NCBI GenBank assembly: GCA_905178155.1
Contig: CAJINV010000004.1
Location: 7,694,771 to 7,758,770 of the forward strand
DNA from: Amoebophrya sp. A120
Taxonomy: Eukaryota; Protista; Dinoflagellata
Reading direction: 5' to 3'
DNA: 64,000 nt
The notes beneath the pieces are model-generated. The model was not told the origin of the DNA. It made no database searches and saw only the letters and a list, made by a program, of their open reading frames with translations. A program made the position numbers and the translations under genes. Numbering within the stretch: position 1 is the stretch's first letter; each line of letters starts with the position of its first letter. Shown piece by piece: positions 24,229-35,566 of the stretch.

Positions 24229-26359
24229 TTAATGAAGAACCTCTCTACCACATTGCAAAAAGCCAACAAGAGACACCTGCAGCGGTGGAACTAACATCAC
24301 ACACATCAGAGCGATAGGCTTCATCTCCTGTGCATAACCATTCCCCTTTCCATTGTTTTTCACGACATCTGCGTAACTTGGTATCACGTCGCTGGACTGC
24401 AGACCAAGGCCGCCGGATGAATTTCGGTTGTTTTTTCCACCGCCGGTGTTACTTCCGGTCGATCCAGAAGATTGCGGCTGCTGCTGTTTATTTCCCTTAC
24501 CGCCGCCCTTGTTATTACCCCCGTTAGCGTTACCACCACCACCGCCGCTGCCCTGCTTTTGCTTCTTGTTCCCCGCTGTATTGTTAGCGGCTGCCCCTAG
24601 CGCCAGCTGCTGCTGCCGCCACGCGCCCGGGAAGTAATTCCCTTCGAACTCCTATCCAGTGCAAATATGTCTGGGTCAATGGAAAGTTGATGTGATGCTC
24701 ATGTCACCGAACGCAGTACTACGCAATGTAACTCTATTACGGGGCCGCGCAACATGTTGACAAGATTCTGAGCATGATTATGTCTAGCTGTTATTTCACT
24801 GCATGACAAAAAATCGCCTTTTCGCATGACAAATCGAAGTGGCCGCGCAGCTCTAGTGCAACAAGCATGATACTCTTTTCTGCCCCATGTCGGCCAAGCA
24901 TGAGGACAAACTTGCGTTCATATTATCCAGAGCAGGACCTCCAGACCACATGTTTGCAATGAATAACTCCTGCCACAGTTTGGCAAACTCGCCCATGAAG
25001 GCCTCGACCATCCGCCGGTCGTTGCTGATCACGAGATTTTCCCGGTTGCGCTTAGCCACTATGCATTGCAAACATCCCTGGATGTGGTCTGGAACACTGC
25101 AACTTGTCATGCTAAGTCTGGATCCGATGCAAAAAAATCTGTGTTGCGTGATTATTATACCAAAAATTATCGCACACTTTTGACCCAGTCGCGGAGGATT
25201 TTCTCATGCAGGGTAGGCATGACAGTAGAGGTCTCACAAGAATCAGGTCCTGTATTCCAGCGCTCATAGGTCATCATGGACGAAAATAACCAGCATGACA
25301 AGTTTCGCAATCTTCCAGGAGAGGACCCAGACATGTTTGCGATCCGTAGCCGCGGCCCGCGTCCAATTGTAGGAACCGTTGATCACGTACAGGCCATCGA
25401 TGACGCAAAACTTGTGGTGCATGTGACTAAATTGGTCGTTGTCGTGGACGATCGGTAGCTGCTCGCTCAGCGCGTGGATGTCCGCGCCGAGCTATTACAG
25501 TGAAAAATGCCTGCGCCCCGGAATTTGCAGAAGTTTGTCATGCAAAATTTCCAAATGAAAGCCTTTTGTCTTGCATAAAAGGATTGTGAGCGTTTCTGAT
25601 GCAGAATCAGGGTGCGCAACGTGCCTTGTGCATAACAGATCCGGCTGCTGTTGGGCTACTTCGCAACACAAATTTGACCTATTCAGCATGGAAAATTTGT
25701 GATGCTGAGATATGCAAGACGAGGAATGTTTCTGTTGGAAAGGTTTACAATACAAATGCTGCCAAGCTGGGGGTGGGGGCATTTTTCACTGTAATACGAG
25801 CGCGTCCGCCTGGTCAAGATCCGCGATGATCCGCACGTGGACGTTTCTGTGGAACAGGTCCAACAGAATTTCCGCAATTTCGTTATGAGAGTGCACAAAC
25901 CCCCCTCCCCCTCACGTGGAGCCTGTGCATGACAAGCTCACGACGCACCTAATGTGGTACAGTTTGTGCCTCCGTTGTCGTTTGTCATGCAAACAGTGCC
26001 ACAAGGCAGCAATTGGATTTGGAATTTTGCATGACAAGTGAGGGAGATCAGGGGAGGGGTTGTGCACTCTCATATTCATCATCCGTCAGTGTGAAAATGC
26101 AGATGTCGATCCAGAACTTCGTACTTCGCAAAACTTCCAAAAACCGCCGCCTATTGGCCCCACCGCCGCGGGATCCGCCACCACTTTTGCCGCCGCCCCC
26201 GCCCATGAGCGGGGAAACGTGCTCGGGGAAGAAGAGACAGTCCAAAATGTCCCCCTGGGCCTTCTGGGACACGGTCCTTTGGTAGTTGTTGGCAGCCTCC
26301 CAACGGTCCACGCGCTGCTGCGTGCTGCTCTTGAGAAGCTTGGAACAACACTTCCCCAT
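24229..26359 (-). CDS. PLD6/MitoPLD/Zucchini-like single-HKD phospholipase D/nuclease with N-terminal MGKCC acylation motif
   Basis: Spliced product: IDICIFTLTDDEIAEILLDLFHRNVHVRIIAD..SHMHHKFCVIDGLYVINGSYNWTRAAAKRNRENLVISNDRRMVEAFMGEFAKLWQEF (HxKxxxxD..GSxNWT..N.EN). Four introners. The 3' end is approximate. Confidence 0.88.
24653..24965. mobile_element. Introner-like TIR element, family B (diverged)
   Basis: TATCCAGTGCAAATATGTCTGG / CCAGACCACATGTTTGCAATGAATA; DR ACTCC. Confidence 0.87.
25060..25348. mobile_element. Introner-like TIR element, family B
   Basis: TATGCATTGCAAACAT / ATGTTTGCGATCCGTA; DR GCCAC/GCCGC; interrupts NWTRAA|AKRN. Confidence 0.88.
25493..25796. mobile_element. Introner-like TIR element, family C
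   Basis: TATTACAGTGAAAAATGCC / GGCATTTTTCACTGTAATA; DR CGAGC. Confidence 0.93.
25884..26074. mobile_element. Introner-like TIR element, family I
   Basis: TATGAGAGTGCACAA..CCCTCCCC / GGGGAGGGGTTGTGCACTCTCATA; DR TTCGT/TTCAT. Confidence 0.92.
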
Positions 26360-27039
26360 GGTCGATCGACCGGTAGTGTGATGACAGAATTGGAAATATT
26401 ACTTAAATTAACATCGCTGCGAAAAAAGATAAATAAAAGTCGTGTACTGAGACCTAGTAGTGCGTAGTCAGAGACAGAGTAGAACCTACCTTGTGCTGCT
26501 ATTGATGCTGTTGACCAGAATCACACGACAGCGTCGCTCCCAGTCGAAATTCCGCTTAGCGCTCACCCGCTCTCGGGAAAATATGAATATCTCGCAAACT
26601 GCCCATTAAAAATAAACCCGAAGCGACATCGTCCTGGGCGGTCGGTTTGTGTCTTGACGCTTTTGGTTGTTCATCGGCAGAGTTTTGCAAATTGCATTGT
26701 GGTAGAAGTGGTCCTGTTAGAAGAACATGATGGGCTCTAGAGGTGAGGTGGTCCGTGCTGGATCGCACGGTTTGCTTAGCATGCAGCTCTATCGAAACCT
26801 TGTTGAAAAAATATTGGTGTAGTTCGGTCAGGCGATTCTCCGTTTGCAGCTTTACGCTGTGTAGTACAGTACATGTAAGTAAAGTAAAGTAAAGTCGTGC
26901 GTCGTTTTCTTCTTTCTTATTCTAATATACACTACGGCCCAAGTCGCGTCCCGTGCGCTGCTTCCTCTTCCTAATCCAGTGGACCTTTTAGCAGATCGGG
27001 CTCCCCCTCCGTGGTCCACGAAGAGCAAGGTATGAAACT

Positions 27040-27318
27040 TATCATATGCAAAAACATCCCCACCCCAGAGTTGTCATGCAAATCTGCACTCCAAAAAGGT
27101 TTGTCATGCGGAGCGCCATGAGAGGCATTGTCTAGTCGTGTTTTGGAATTTGTGATGCTACAATCAGCATGATATACTAGATCTGTGATGCTGCTGAACT
27201 ACCTAAACAGGATTACACTACGAGGACGAACTTGTCATGCCAAACGACCAAAGCTGGCTGATTTGTCTAGCAGATTTGCCATCTTGACTCTGGTGTGGGT
27301 ACGTTTTTACTCAGGATA
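27040..27318. mobile_element. Introner-like TIR element, family F; host context unresolved
   Basis: TATCATATGCAAAAACATCCCCACC / ACGTTTTTACTCAGGATA; DR AAACT. Confidence 0.88.
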
Positions 27319-29670
27319 AAACTGGTAAAAAAGCTAGCGGCTCGCACGCGCTTCTCCGGGTGCAGAAATTCAAATTTTCCACGCAAAGCAGGAGATGACT
27401 CTTTAAAAATGTATCAATTGTAAGCTTTGTTTCAAGAACTACAGCTGCAGCGTGCAAAGAAAACTTGACTCAGATCTGGAAAAGTTCTGACCGCATTTGA
27501 AGTCGGGCCGTATGATCTACCTCTCCTTTCGTACCCTCCGTTTCTAGCGCGTTCAGAGCTTCCCAGTTTTCCTGCCGCTCCTTCTGTTGATCGGCGCTGA
27601 GATTGCTATCATTCAGAAAAGTAGTTGCGATCGATCATCTTCCCGCGCAGAAGTTGCATATAATTAGCAGGGTTTTTTTCTCACTTTTTCAACGCAACTT
27701 CTTGCCGAGTCTTCATGCACACGGTATTTTTAATTGTTTTGACTCACACAACCACCGTTGGGCTGTCCTACCGCACTGTGATCCTTTCCCTTTCATAGGT
27801 TCGCACGCCGGAGTATTGCGCTTCTATTCCCAACTCCGCAAAGTCGTCCGGGGCCGCTTGCGTCTTTGCTTTCGGCGTTGGCCGGCGGGCGCTGAATGGA
27901 AGGTTTTGTGATGATAGATTACCAAAGAAGTCGAGCTCCAAGGCTTTGAATCATTCGTTCCTTTTGTCATGTGAGTAATTACATCAAAAACCACCTGACC
28001 ACTGTACCGATCAGCGGCCCGGCCCTTTCTGCTATCTTTCGAAACGGAATCGAACCCGGCTTCTTCGTCGGTCCACGTGCAGAGGATCACGCGAAAAAAT
28101 TGCTACTAGCACAGAGTTGAATTACACAGCCTGTAGAAGCTCACCTTGCTGAACAAGAACGTTTTTGTTTCTCCACAACTAATTATATGTGAACAGCTCG
28201 TGGCAGGAAAGATCCTTACTCTGGCACTACGCTGTGCTAGCATCTTTTCCGTCGGATACCGCCGTCGTCATCGGAACCCGGGGCGGTCGTAAGTGCAGTT
28301 GTCTCCTGCTGGTCCCGCGACGATCGCTCTTTGCCTCCACTACTCGATGCGCGTTGCGCCGCCTGCAGCTCGTTGACTTCCGCCTGGAGAGCGGTGAGAC
28401 GATAGCCCAGCATGCGCTCGAAACACCGAAAGGGGTGGCAGTAGAACATACTGTTTCTACTACGGCGGAAGCCGCGGATTGAGCGCCGCGGCTACGCGTT
28501 TTATTCCCTGGCTCTGCAGTGCGGTGAGGAAAGGGAGCTCGGCCGGGAGTGCTTGTTGTTCAGGTGGGGGGTGCTTACTTCTTCGTCCCCTCTCCGTATC
28601 GCCGGGAAGATTCCTCGCTCCGAACGGTGCCCTGCTCTCTCTGCGAACAGGCAACAAAGGACGGCGCATGCACAGGGCACCCCGTGCTGCGGCAGCCGGA
28701 CGCATTGGAAGGCATACCACGATGCACCGAGGGGCGTCGCGATCGTCTCCTGCGCCGGCGCGACGGCGTGCTTCTTGGAGCGCGCTGCCCGCCGGTCGGA
28801 TCTTCGGTTCGGGCGGGGCCGGCGCGCACTGGCATGACGGCGCGCCCGTACCGAATTCAAAAGGCCGGCCGCGAGCGTGCGGCCGGTCCCTGTACCGAAA
28901 AGCAGGCCGAAAGCTTCGGAACCCCCCCCCCCCGCTGGGCGCAGCTTCGCAGCCCCCCAAGCGGGGCGCGGCGGAGATAGCACCGCGGCCGAGCCCTGCT
29001 CGCTTCGCCCAAGACGCGCAGGCTTCGGACTTGCGCAGTCGGCGAGCGGCAGGCCGGCGCCCGGTCGTGCGGGGGCCCCGGGGTGCGGGCGGGGGGGGGG
29101 GAACCGCGTGCGGGGCGCTTACCAGAAACCGCGCGGCCGGACCAGAAGGAAGCAGCCCGGCAAGCGGGGACCGCTGGGTGCGTCGGGGTACCGCGATCAG
29201 CGGAGAGGAGGGATTGGGGGAGGAGGGGGGAGGCACTTTGGGAAGTGGCCCCTAGGGGCGCTATGTTTGTGCTCTTGCATCCCCTTTTACCTATTTCGAG
29301 TAGATGAGCTCCACTTAGGTAGCTATGTAGCACTCGGGTGGGCCTTAAGTGGTTTAAGGAACAAGCTGAGACTCAAACTGAGAAAGAAAAACCTTGCGAA
29401 TGGGCAGAAAATACCCCTACCAAAGTTGGAAAAAAATATCTGGGCGGTGCAGAAACTTGAAAAGTTGGCCAATATGCCACAAAATGGACAGTGTTTATCT
29501 TGGTTTTCCTGTGTATTTTATCTTATGGATCAGATGACGAAAAGTGTGGACGAATGTGCCTCATTTTTAAAAATTTTAAAAATTGAAAAAAAAATTCAGA
29601 TGTTGCGCAGACATGTGAAATACTTGCGAAATAGGCTAAAAAATACACATAGTCCCAATGTTTTTGCGTG

Positions 29671-29806
29671 TTAACAATTGTGGTGTTGGTGGGGTGCACA
29701 CCACCAGCGCCACAAATTGGCACGCCTGCGCCTGTAAAATGTAACAATTGTGGTGTTGGTGGGGTGCACACCACCAGCGCCACAAATTGGCACGCCTGCG
29801 CCTGTA
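29671..29806. repeat. Tandem pair of about 71-bp units, each a strong hairpin
   Basis: TAACAATTGTGGTGTTGGTGGGGTGCACACCACCAGCGCCACAAATTGGCACGCCTGCGCCTGTA occurs twice; the arms TTGTGGTGTTGGTGG / CCACCAGCGCCACAA are near-complementary. Confidence 0.9.
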
Positions 29807-30924
29807 TATCGTAGATTTTACAGCCTTAGCGCTTCAGGGTCGTACTTAGCTGGTTAAGGTCGTGAATATCGCTAGAGTCGTGGGCCAGGAGTGGGGGGAG
29901 AGAATCGAGAGGGATTCGCGTACTCTGCTCGTGTTTCGAGGATATCCGCATGCTATGGCGGACGTGGACTGACAATGCGCATCTTCCTTTGCTGTTTTAG
30001 GTTGGTTCTACTATATCTGGTTCCTCGACGGAGGTCGCCGAGTGGTTCTGCCGCATTGGGAAGCGTGTTCTCAGTGCGTTGCTCAGATAGTTCGATGCTA
30101 TTTAACACGTGTCTTTCTTGAATCACTCGAGTCAATTACTAAAATCAGTGCATAAAATTGAGGAATTTATCACTGTTTGTTTCAGTGATGCTTCGGGCTA
30201 CTGCTACTGCTGTAGCGGTAGTGGTTTCGGGGCTGCTTTTTTTTCACTTTTTTCGCAAAAAAATCGCGCCCGCGCGCGATTTTTCCGCGGAAAAGGAGCC
30301 GCCGATCCGCGCAAGAAGGGCCGCCGTCGCCCCCGGGCGGGCCGCCGGTTCTCGGGGCGCCCCGAGGTGGCTCCTGGGTTGCTCCAGGATCGTCGAGGCT
30401 GGGCATTCGAGGCCGGAACCCCTTACAGGGCCTCCGAGCGGCTCGCGCGGTTCCCCAAGAGCCTTGCGGGGGGGGGCGGGCGCCAATCTTTCCCCAAAGG
30501 GGCCTCCCGGCGTAGTCCCGGGCGGCTCCCGCGGCTCCCGGGCTGTTCGGGGGCCGATTTGTGACGCAAAAGGGCGGCCCCGGCGGCTTCAGAAAGATCC
30601 GGCACGAAGCATGCTAATTCGCGCGGGATCCGAAGGCGCCCGGCAGCCAAAAAGCAGGCCGGCCCCCAATGGCCTTCTGAATGAGAAATCAGCCGCAGAC
30701 GCGGCTCAGCCCGGCCGCCAATCCCGCGGGGCCCCTGTACCGATGAAGGCGGTGCTGGTGTCGCTTTGTGCGCCCCCTGCAAACGCGCAGCCACATTGGT
30801 ACAGGGGCCCCGCGGGATTGGCGGCGCCGCCGTTCTTTCGCACCGGCCCGCAAGGCCGCCGCAAAGGGGGCGCGGCTGCTTCGAGTCAATACTTTGCCGC
30901 GCGGCAAGCCGCGCCCGCCAGTTT

Positions 30925-31525
30925 CGCGACGTAATGGGCTACCGTATACCAATACCCTGCCGCGCGGCAAGCGCGGCACGCCGCGCCCGCCATTTGTTTC
31001 CGCGACGTATTGGGTTACCGTAAGCCAATACGTCGTCGGCCGGCGCGCGGCATTTCGCGCCCGCCATTTCCGCGACGTATTGGTTTACCGTAAGCCAATA
31101 CGTCGTCAGGCGGCAAGCGCGCCAAACCGCGCCCGCCAGCTCCGCGACCTATTGGGTTACCGTAAGCCAATACGTCGCCGGGCGGCAAGTGCGCCAAGCC
31201 GCGTCCACCAGCTCCGCGACCTATTGGGTTACCGTAAGCCAATACGTCGTCGGCCGGCGCGCGGCATTCCGCGTCCGCCATTTCCGGGACGTATTGGGTT
31301 ACCGTAAGCCATACGTCGTCGAGCGGCAAGCGCGCCAAACCGCGCCCGCCAGCTCCGCGACCTATTGGGTTACCGTAAGCCAATACGTCGCCGGGCGGCA
31401 AGTGCGCCAAGCCGCGCCCACCAGCTCCGCGACCTATTGGGTTACCGTAAGCCAATAGGTTGCCGCGCGCCAAGCCGCGCCCGCCAGTTCCGCGAAGGAT
31501 TGGCTTTCCGTAAGCCAATACGCTG
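30925..31525. repeat. Tandem array of about 71-bp units with palindromic core GCGACGTATTGGGTTACCGTAAGCCAATACGTCG
   Basis: Cores at about 30931, 31008, 31078, 31150, 31222, 31292, 31363, 31435 and 31498, with a 3-unit higher-order pattern. Confidence 0.9.
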
Positions 31526-31737
31526 TCGAGCAAGGCGAGCAACCTCTGCCGGCTCCGGGGCGCATTGGCCTAGCGGCGGCCGCTTCTTTGCCGCCCGGCG
31601 AGTGCGGCCGGCAGCTTCCGCCAGCTCCGCCACGTGCGGGTAGTGCGAGGGCCGCCGCGCGATCCATGGCGTATTTGGCTGGCGGTGGTCAACATGCAGC
31701 CGAGCTGACACAGCCTCAGTTTCCCCTTTGCCGCCGG

Positions 31738-31967
31738 TGCCGCCAAGCTGCCGCCAACGCTGCCGCCACCACGTTTGGCGGCACCTTAACACGACCTGAG
31801 TCCGCGCTTTGGCCATTGCCGCCATCCAAAAAAGATAAAAAGAATGATATTTAAATATTAGTCTTTTTATCTTTTTTGGATGGCGGCAGTGGCGAAGACG
31901 CAGCGTCAGGTCGTGGTAAGGTGCCGCCAAACGTGGTGGCGGCAGCGTTGGCGGCAGCTTGGCGGCA
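31738..31967. repeat. About 230-bp near-perfect palindrome with no loop
   Basis: TGCCGCCAAGCTGCCGCCAACGC..ATATTT|AAATAT..GCGTTGGCGGCAGCTTGGCGGCA, centred at 31852/31853. Confidence 0.93.
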
Positions 31968-34900
31968 GTCGTTCTGGCGCCATGGCGACGGCGGAAAACT
32001 GCTCTCCGCCACCAGCCGTGGCGAAGTTGGCAAGCAAGGCCGCCAGCCGGCGGCCCGCGCGACAAATTTTGCTCTGGCCTGCGCCCGAGGCAGACGGCGC
32101 CTTCGCGCCAAAAAGCTGGCGCCCTTGCGAAGCTGGCGAAAAAAACACAAAAAAAAATCGCGGAAAAAAGCCAAAAAAAAACCTGAACCGCTACAGCCAC
32201 AAAAAACCGAACCGCATCACTGGAGCAAACAGTCAAAATTAGAAAAAATGGAAAGATCAGAAATGTGGTAAATGACCTTAAAACTGCAGAATTTCATAAA
32301 TATTACAGATCAAATGTGAAGGAGTGAACTATATATTTTAATTTCACGGAAGAAATGCACTTAATATCCGCAATATTTTTGATATTTTTTAAAATTTTCA
32401 ATTTTTTGAAAAAGTGAAAAATTGCGCCTCTGATGTAAATAGTGCAGCTGGCGTCTTATAATGCTTGTAACTGGGAACATAAGGACAGTTCTGTGCCCTA
32501 TGATCCTGTGTAAACACTGAATCCACAAAAACTTATATATTTTTTCAATTCTTGAAAATTGGAAAATTTTGAAAATTCTACAAATGTGGTGCACAAACTA
32601 GAATGCCTAAAGCAAATCACAATGCGCGGAGTTTTGCTCTATGGATGTAGCGTGTATTTTCATGAACAAAAATCATCCTACCCTATAGTGGTAATTTATT
32701 TATTATTTTTGAAAATTTAAATTTTTCAAAAGAGTGTGGAAGGTCCTCTTTCAGGATCCTTCATGGGATGCCAGCTAGTTGGGCCTCTTTTTTGTCACTG
32801 TGTGCCTCCTTTCAAGCGCATGGACCTCATGGAGTGCGCCTGGGATGTGTCATCTATACTTTTGGAAACCCAACAAAGCTTGCACTTGGCAGCCTGGCTA
32901 GCAAATCAGGCGCCGGGCGTCAACTGCCGGCTCCCGGCAGGTGACGCCTTCGAATCCGCCGCGGGGGGCTCCTTCGAATCCGCCGCGGGTCGTGCGCGCG
33001 CGGAGGGCGCCCCGAAGCGGCGGAGAGAGGCTCGGGGGCCGCCGGTCGCGGAAATAGGCACCGTGGGGGCCTTCGGAGGAAGCTTCCGGCCCCGGTGCAA
33101 CAAAGCGCCGCGGGGCGCGCTACCCGAGGCCCCGGGCCCCCTTTCCGCCGGCGGGGGGAATAGATTCGCCCGCGCTGCTTCCGGCCCAATTCGCAAGAAT
33201 TCCGCAAGCCGGCGGCGCGTTCCTCAAATTAGCACGCCGGGCCACCTGGCCTGTGGTTTTGCGCCCCGTCTCCGCCGAAGAAAAGAAATCAGGGCCACCG
33301 AAGACCTGGTGGTCCCCAACCTACTTGGAAAAAGTTGGCCAAGGTTTAGCGGCCGGATTTGGAATGGCTGCTTTGTTCGCCCGGCCCCAATGCCCGACAG
33401 AACCGCCGCATTGGGGCTCCCGTGGCACGGTCTTGCCCCCTTCCCCCCCCCCCGACGAAAGCGCCAATGTCTGCGGAGCACCACTGCGGTGAATTCTGGC
33501 CAAATTCGCAAAAAGTTTCAGGGTATTTCATCCGGAACAACCCCCAAAAAATCCGAAACGGGATGCCGTTCGCTGCTGCTCTTTCTAGAGTTTTGCGCCG
33601 TCATTCCACCTTTCGCAAGATTTTGGGCATACTCTCGGCGCATTTTAAAACCTTACAAAAGCTCCCCTTTGGTGCGCCATTGTCACCCGGCCCAAAAAAA
33701 TCTTACCAAAGATACCACTTGGGGCTGATTTTCCTATATTCTTGTAACCAAAGCGTGCGCCGGCGCTTGGGGTACGAGAAAGAAAATGCGAATGCAGCAC
33801 TGGGAATTCTTGTGAAGGTGGAAGGGGTGATGTTGTGGAGGCAGAGATGAATAATTGGGAAGGAATTATTTGGGGGAAATGCAAGGAATATGCGGCGGAG
33901 TTTCACCGCACGGTGGTCAAAGAGGGAAATGTGAAAGTAGTACCAGTGTCAAGGAAGACTCCACATTTCATACAGCTGTGACTGATTGATCACCACCTCA
34001 AGGTGAAGACCACGCGCCTCATCCTGATTCATTCCGCCGGACTAAGCAGTTTTTTCCGCGTCATCAACACGCACCGCCGATGAATTCGCGACCGCACGGG
34101 CGGGGGGGGGGTTGGAGGTGGGTGTGGTGTGGCTCCGCGACCTGCGGTCGTAAATTTTTACATCCACCGACATGATCGTTAAAGAACTCAACCGATATGA
34201 AAAAGAAAGCAGTGAACAGCACCGACCTAAAAATGCGGAATAGAAGAAGAGATAGAACACCGAGTGAAGGAAGATACTATGATGAACACAAATTCAAAAT
34301 TGCGAATGTGAAGTCCTCGTTGAGAAGATCCAAAAATGAAGGAGATCAGATCGATGCAAAAGAAGAAGATCATACTTTTCCACGCAGGAGCGCGGAGTCG
34401 GTCGCAGTCCTGGCACTTTCTTTTGATCCATGATCCTTCGTATGTAGTGAGGTCACGAACGTTCTAATCTAGCGGTTTTTTTGACAGGCAGTGCGCAAAA
34501 CGACCGGCAGTTATCAAGCGGGCGGAAGTGTTTTTGGGCATAAAAAATTTTCAATTATCAAGCAGCCGGGGCTTTGCCGTCAAACAAGCCCGAGCGGATT
34601 CTATCGATTCCCGCTTGATAAAACGACGCAGGGGAGCCGGCAAAAGGGGCGCCCTTCTGAGGCGCCCACCGCCTTAGTTTCTGGCGGTTTTGGCCGCCCA
34701 AAAAGGGGCGCTCAAAAAGCAGCAGTCCGAAAAAAACAGCGAAGCCGCATAGTATGGGCCCCATTTTGGCCCACATCCGAGCCGCCCAAAAGACGCCACC
34801 AAAATCCGCCATATCAGAGGCGGACTTAAGGCCAGAAGATGAGGCATCTTAACAAAAAAAACCAAAAGAAACAAAGTCAGCCAAAAGCAAAAAGCGAATC

Positions 34901-35566
34901 CGCATGCTATTGGCCCGATTTGGGGGCCCATGGGGCCGACCCGGGGGTGGGGCCTGGCGGGGCCATAGCATGCGGGGAAGGTTTTTCGATTCGAAACCAA
35001 ATGGAGGCCAGTTCTGGATCGACATTTTTAGCGACCGCCGTGCCGTCGTGCATAACATTACTCACGATGGCACGGTGGGCAGAGAAGTCGCTTCTGTTTT
35101 TAGCGTGAAGACAAAAAAACCGCCATGACCTCACTACCCCCGCTGAGGCGGCTATTATTGTACTTATCCATGCATTTTTTCACCAAGAATATTCCAGGCT
35201 AAAATTACAAGTAGACTATCACCTTACAACTACTTACCCTTTTTAGCGCTTTCTAAAACAACTACTAAACACAATCTACCATCTATAAGCTTTTTGTTTT
35301 CATTCTAGCTCTAACATCGAACGACTCAAGCGGAATCCACGAATGATCCACGGAGAACGAACATACAAACAGCTTTTTCATTCTCAAAAATAAGAACATG
35401 CCCGCGGTAAATTTAGCTTTCAGTAATCGGCTCTGTCTGTGTTGAGAAGCTAACACTTGGCCCACTAGCACTATTGGTTCATCTGGAAGCCATTTTGGTC
35501 TTCGTTCAACATCAGGAAGCTCACGACTAACACGACGATTTATTATGAAACAAAAATTCTATCAGG

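Larger units (their letters stand above)
28460..35160. other. Compositionally distinct, introner-free, apparently non-coding block; possible large non-autonomous mobile element
   Basis: Alternating GC-rich and AT-rich tracts, hairpins and tandem arrays, and only spurious R/A/P/G-rich ORFs. Boundaries are approximate. Confidence 0.35.

Noticed and set aside
26900-28450. Gene around the element at 27040 and ORFs 27824-28090 / 28237-28449
   Set aside because: I could not build a consistent spliced frame or recognise a domain.
30925-31525. CRISPR array
   Set aside because: The linkers are related to each other instead of being unique spacers, there are no cas genes, and the context is eukaryotic.
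28460-33850. Long R/A/P/G-rich ORFs (e.g. 28479-29255, 30158-30934, 32736-33728) as genes or a transposase
   Set aside because: They overlap in many frames because high GC content depletes stop codons, and they show no recognisable motif.
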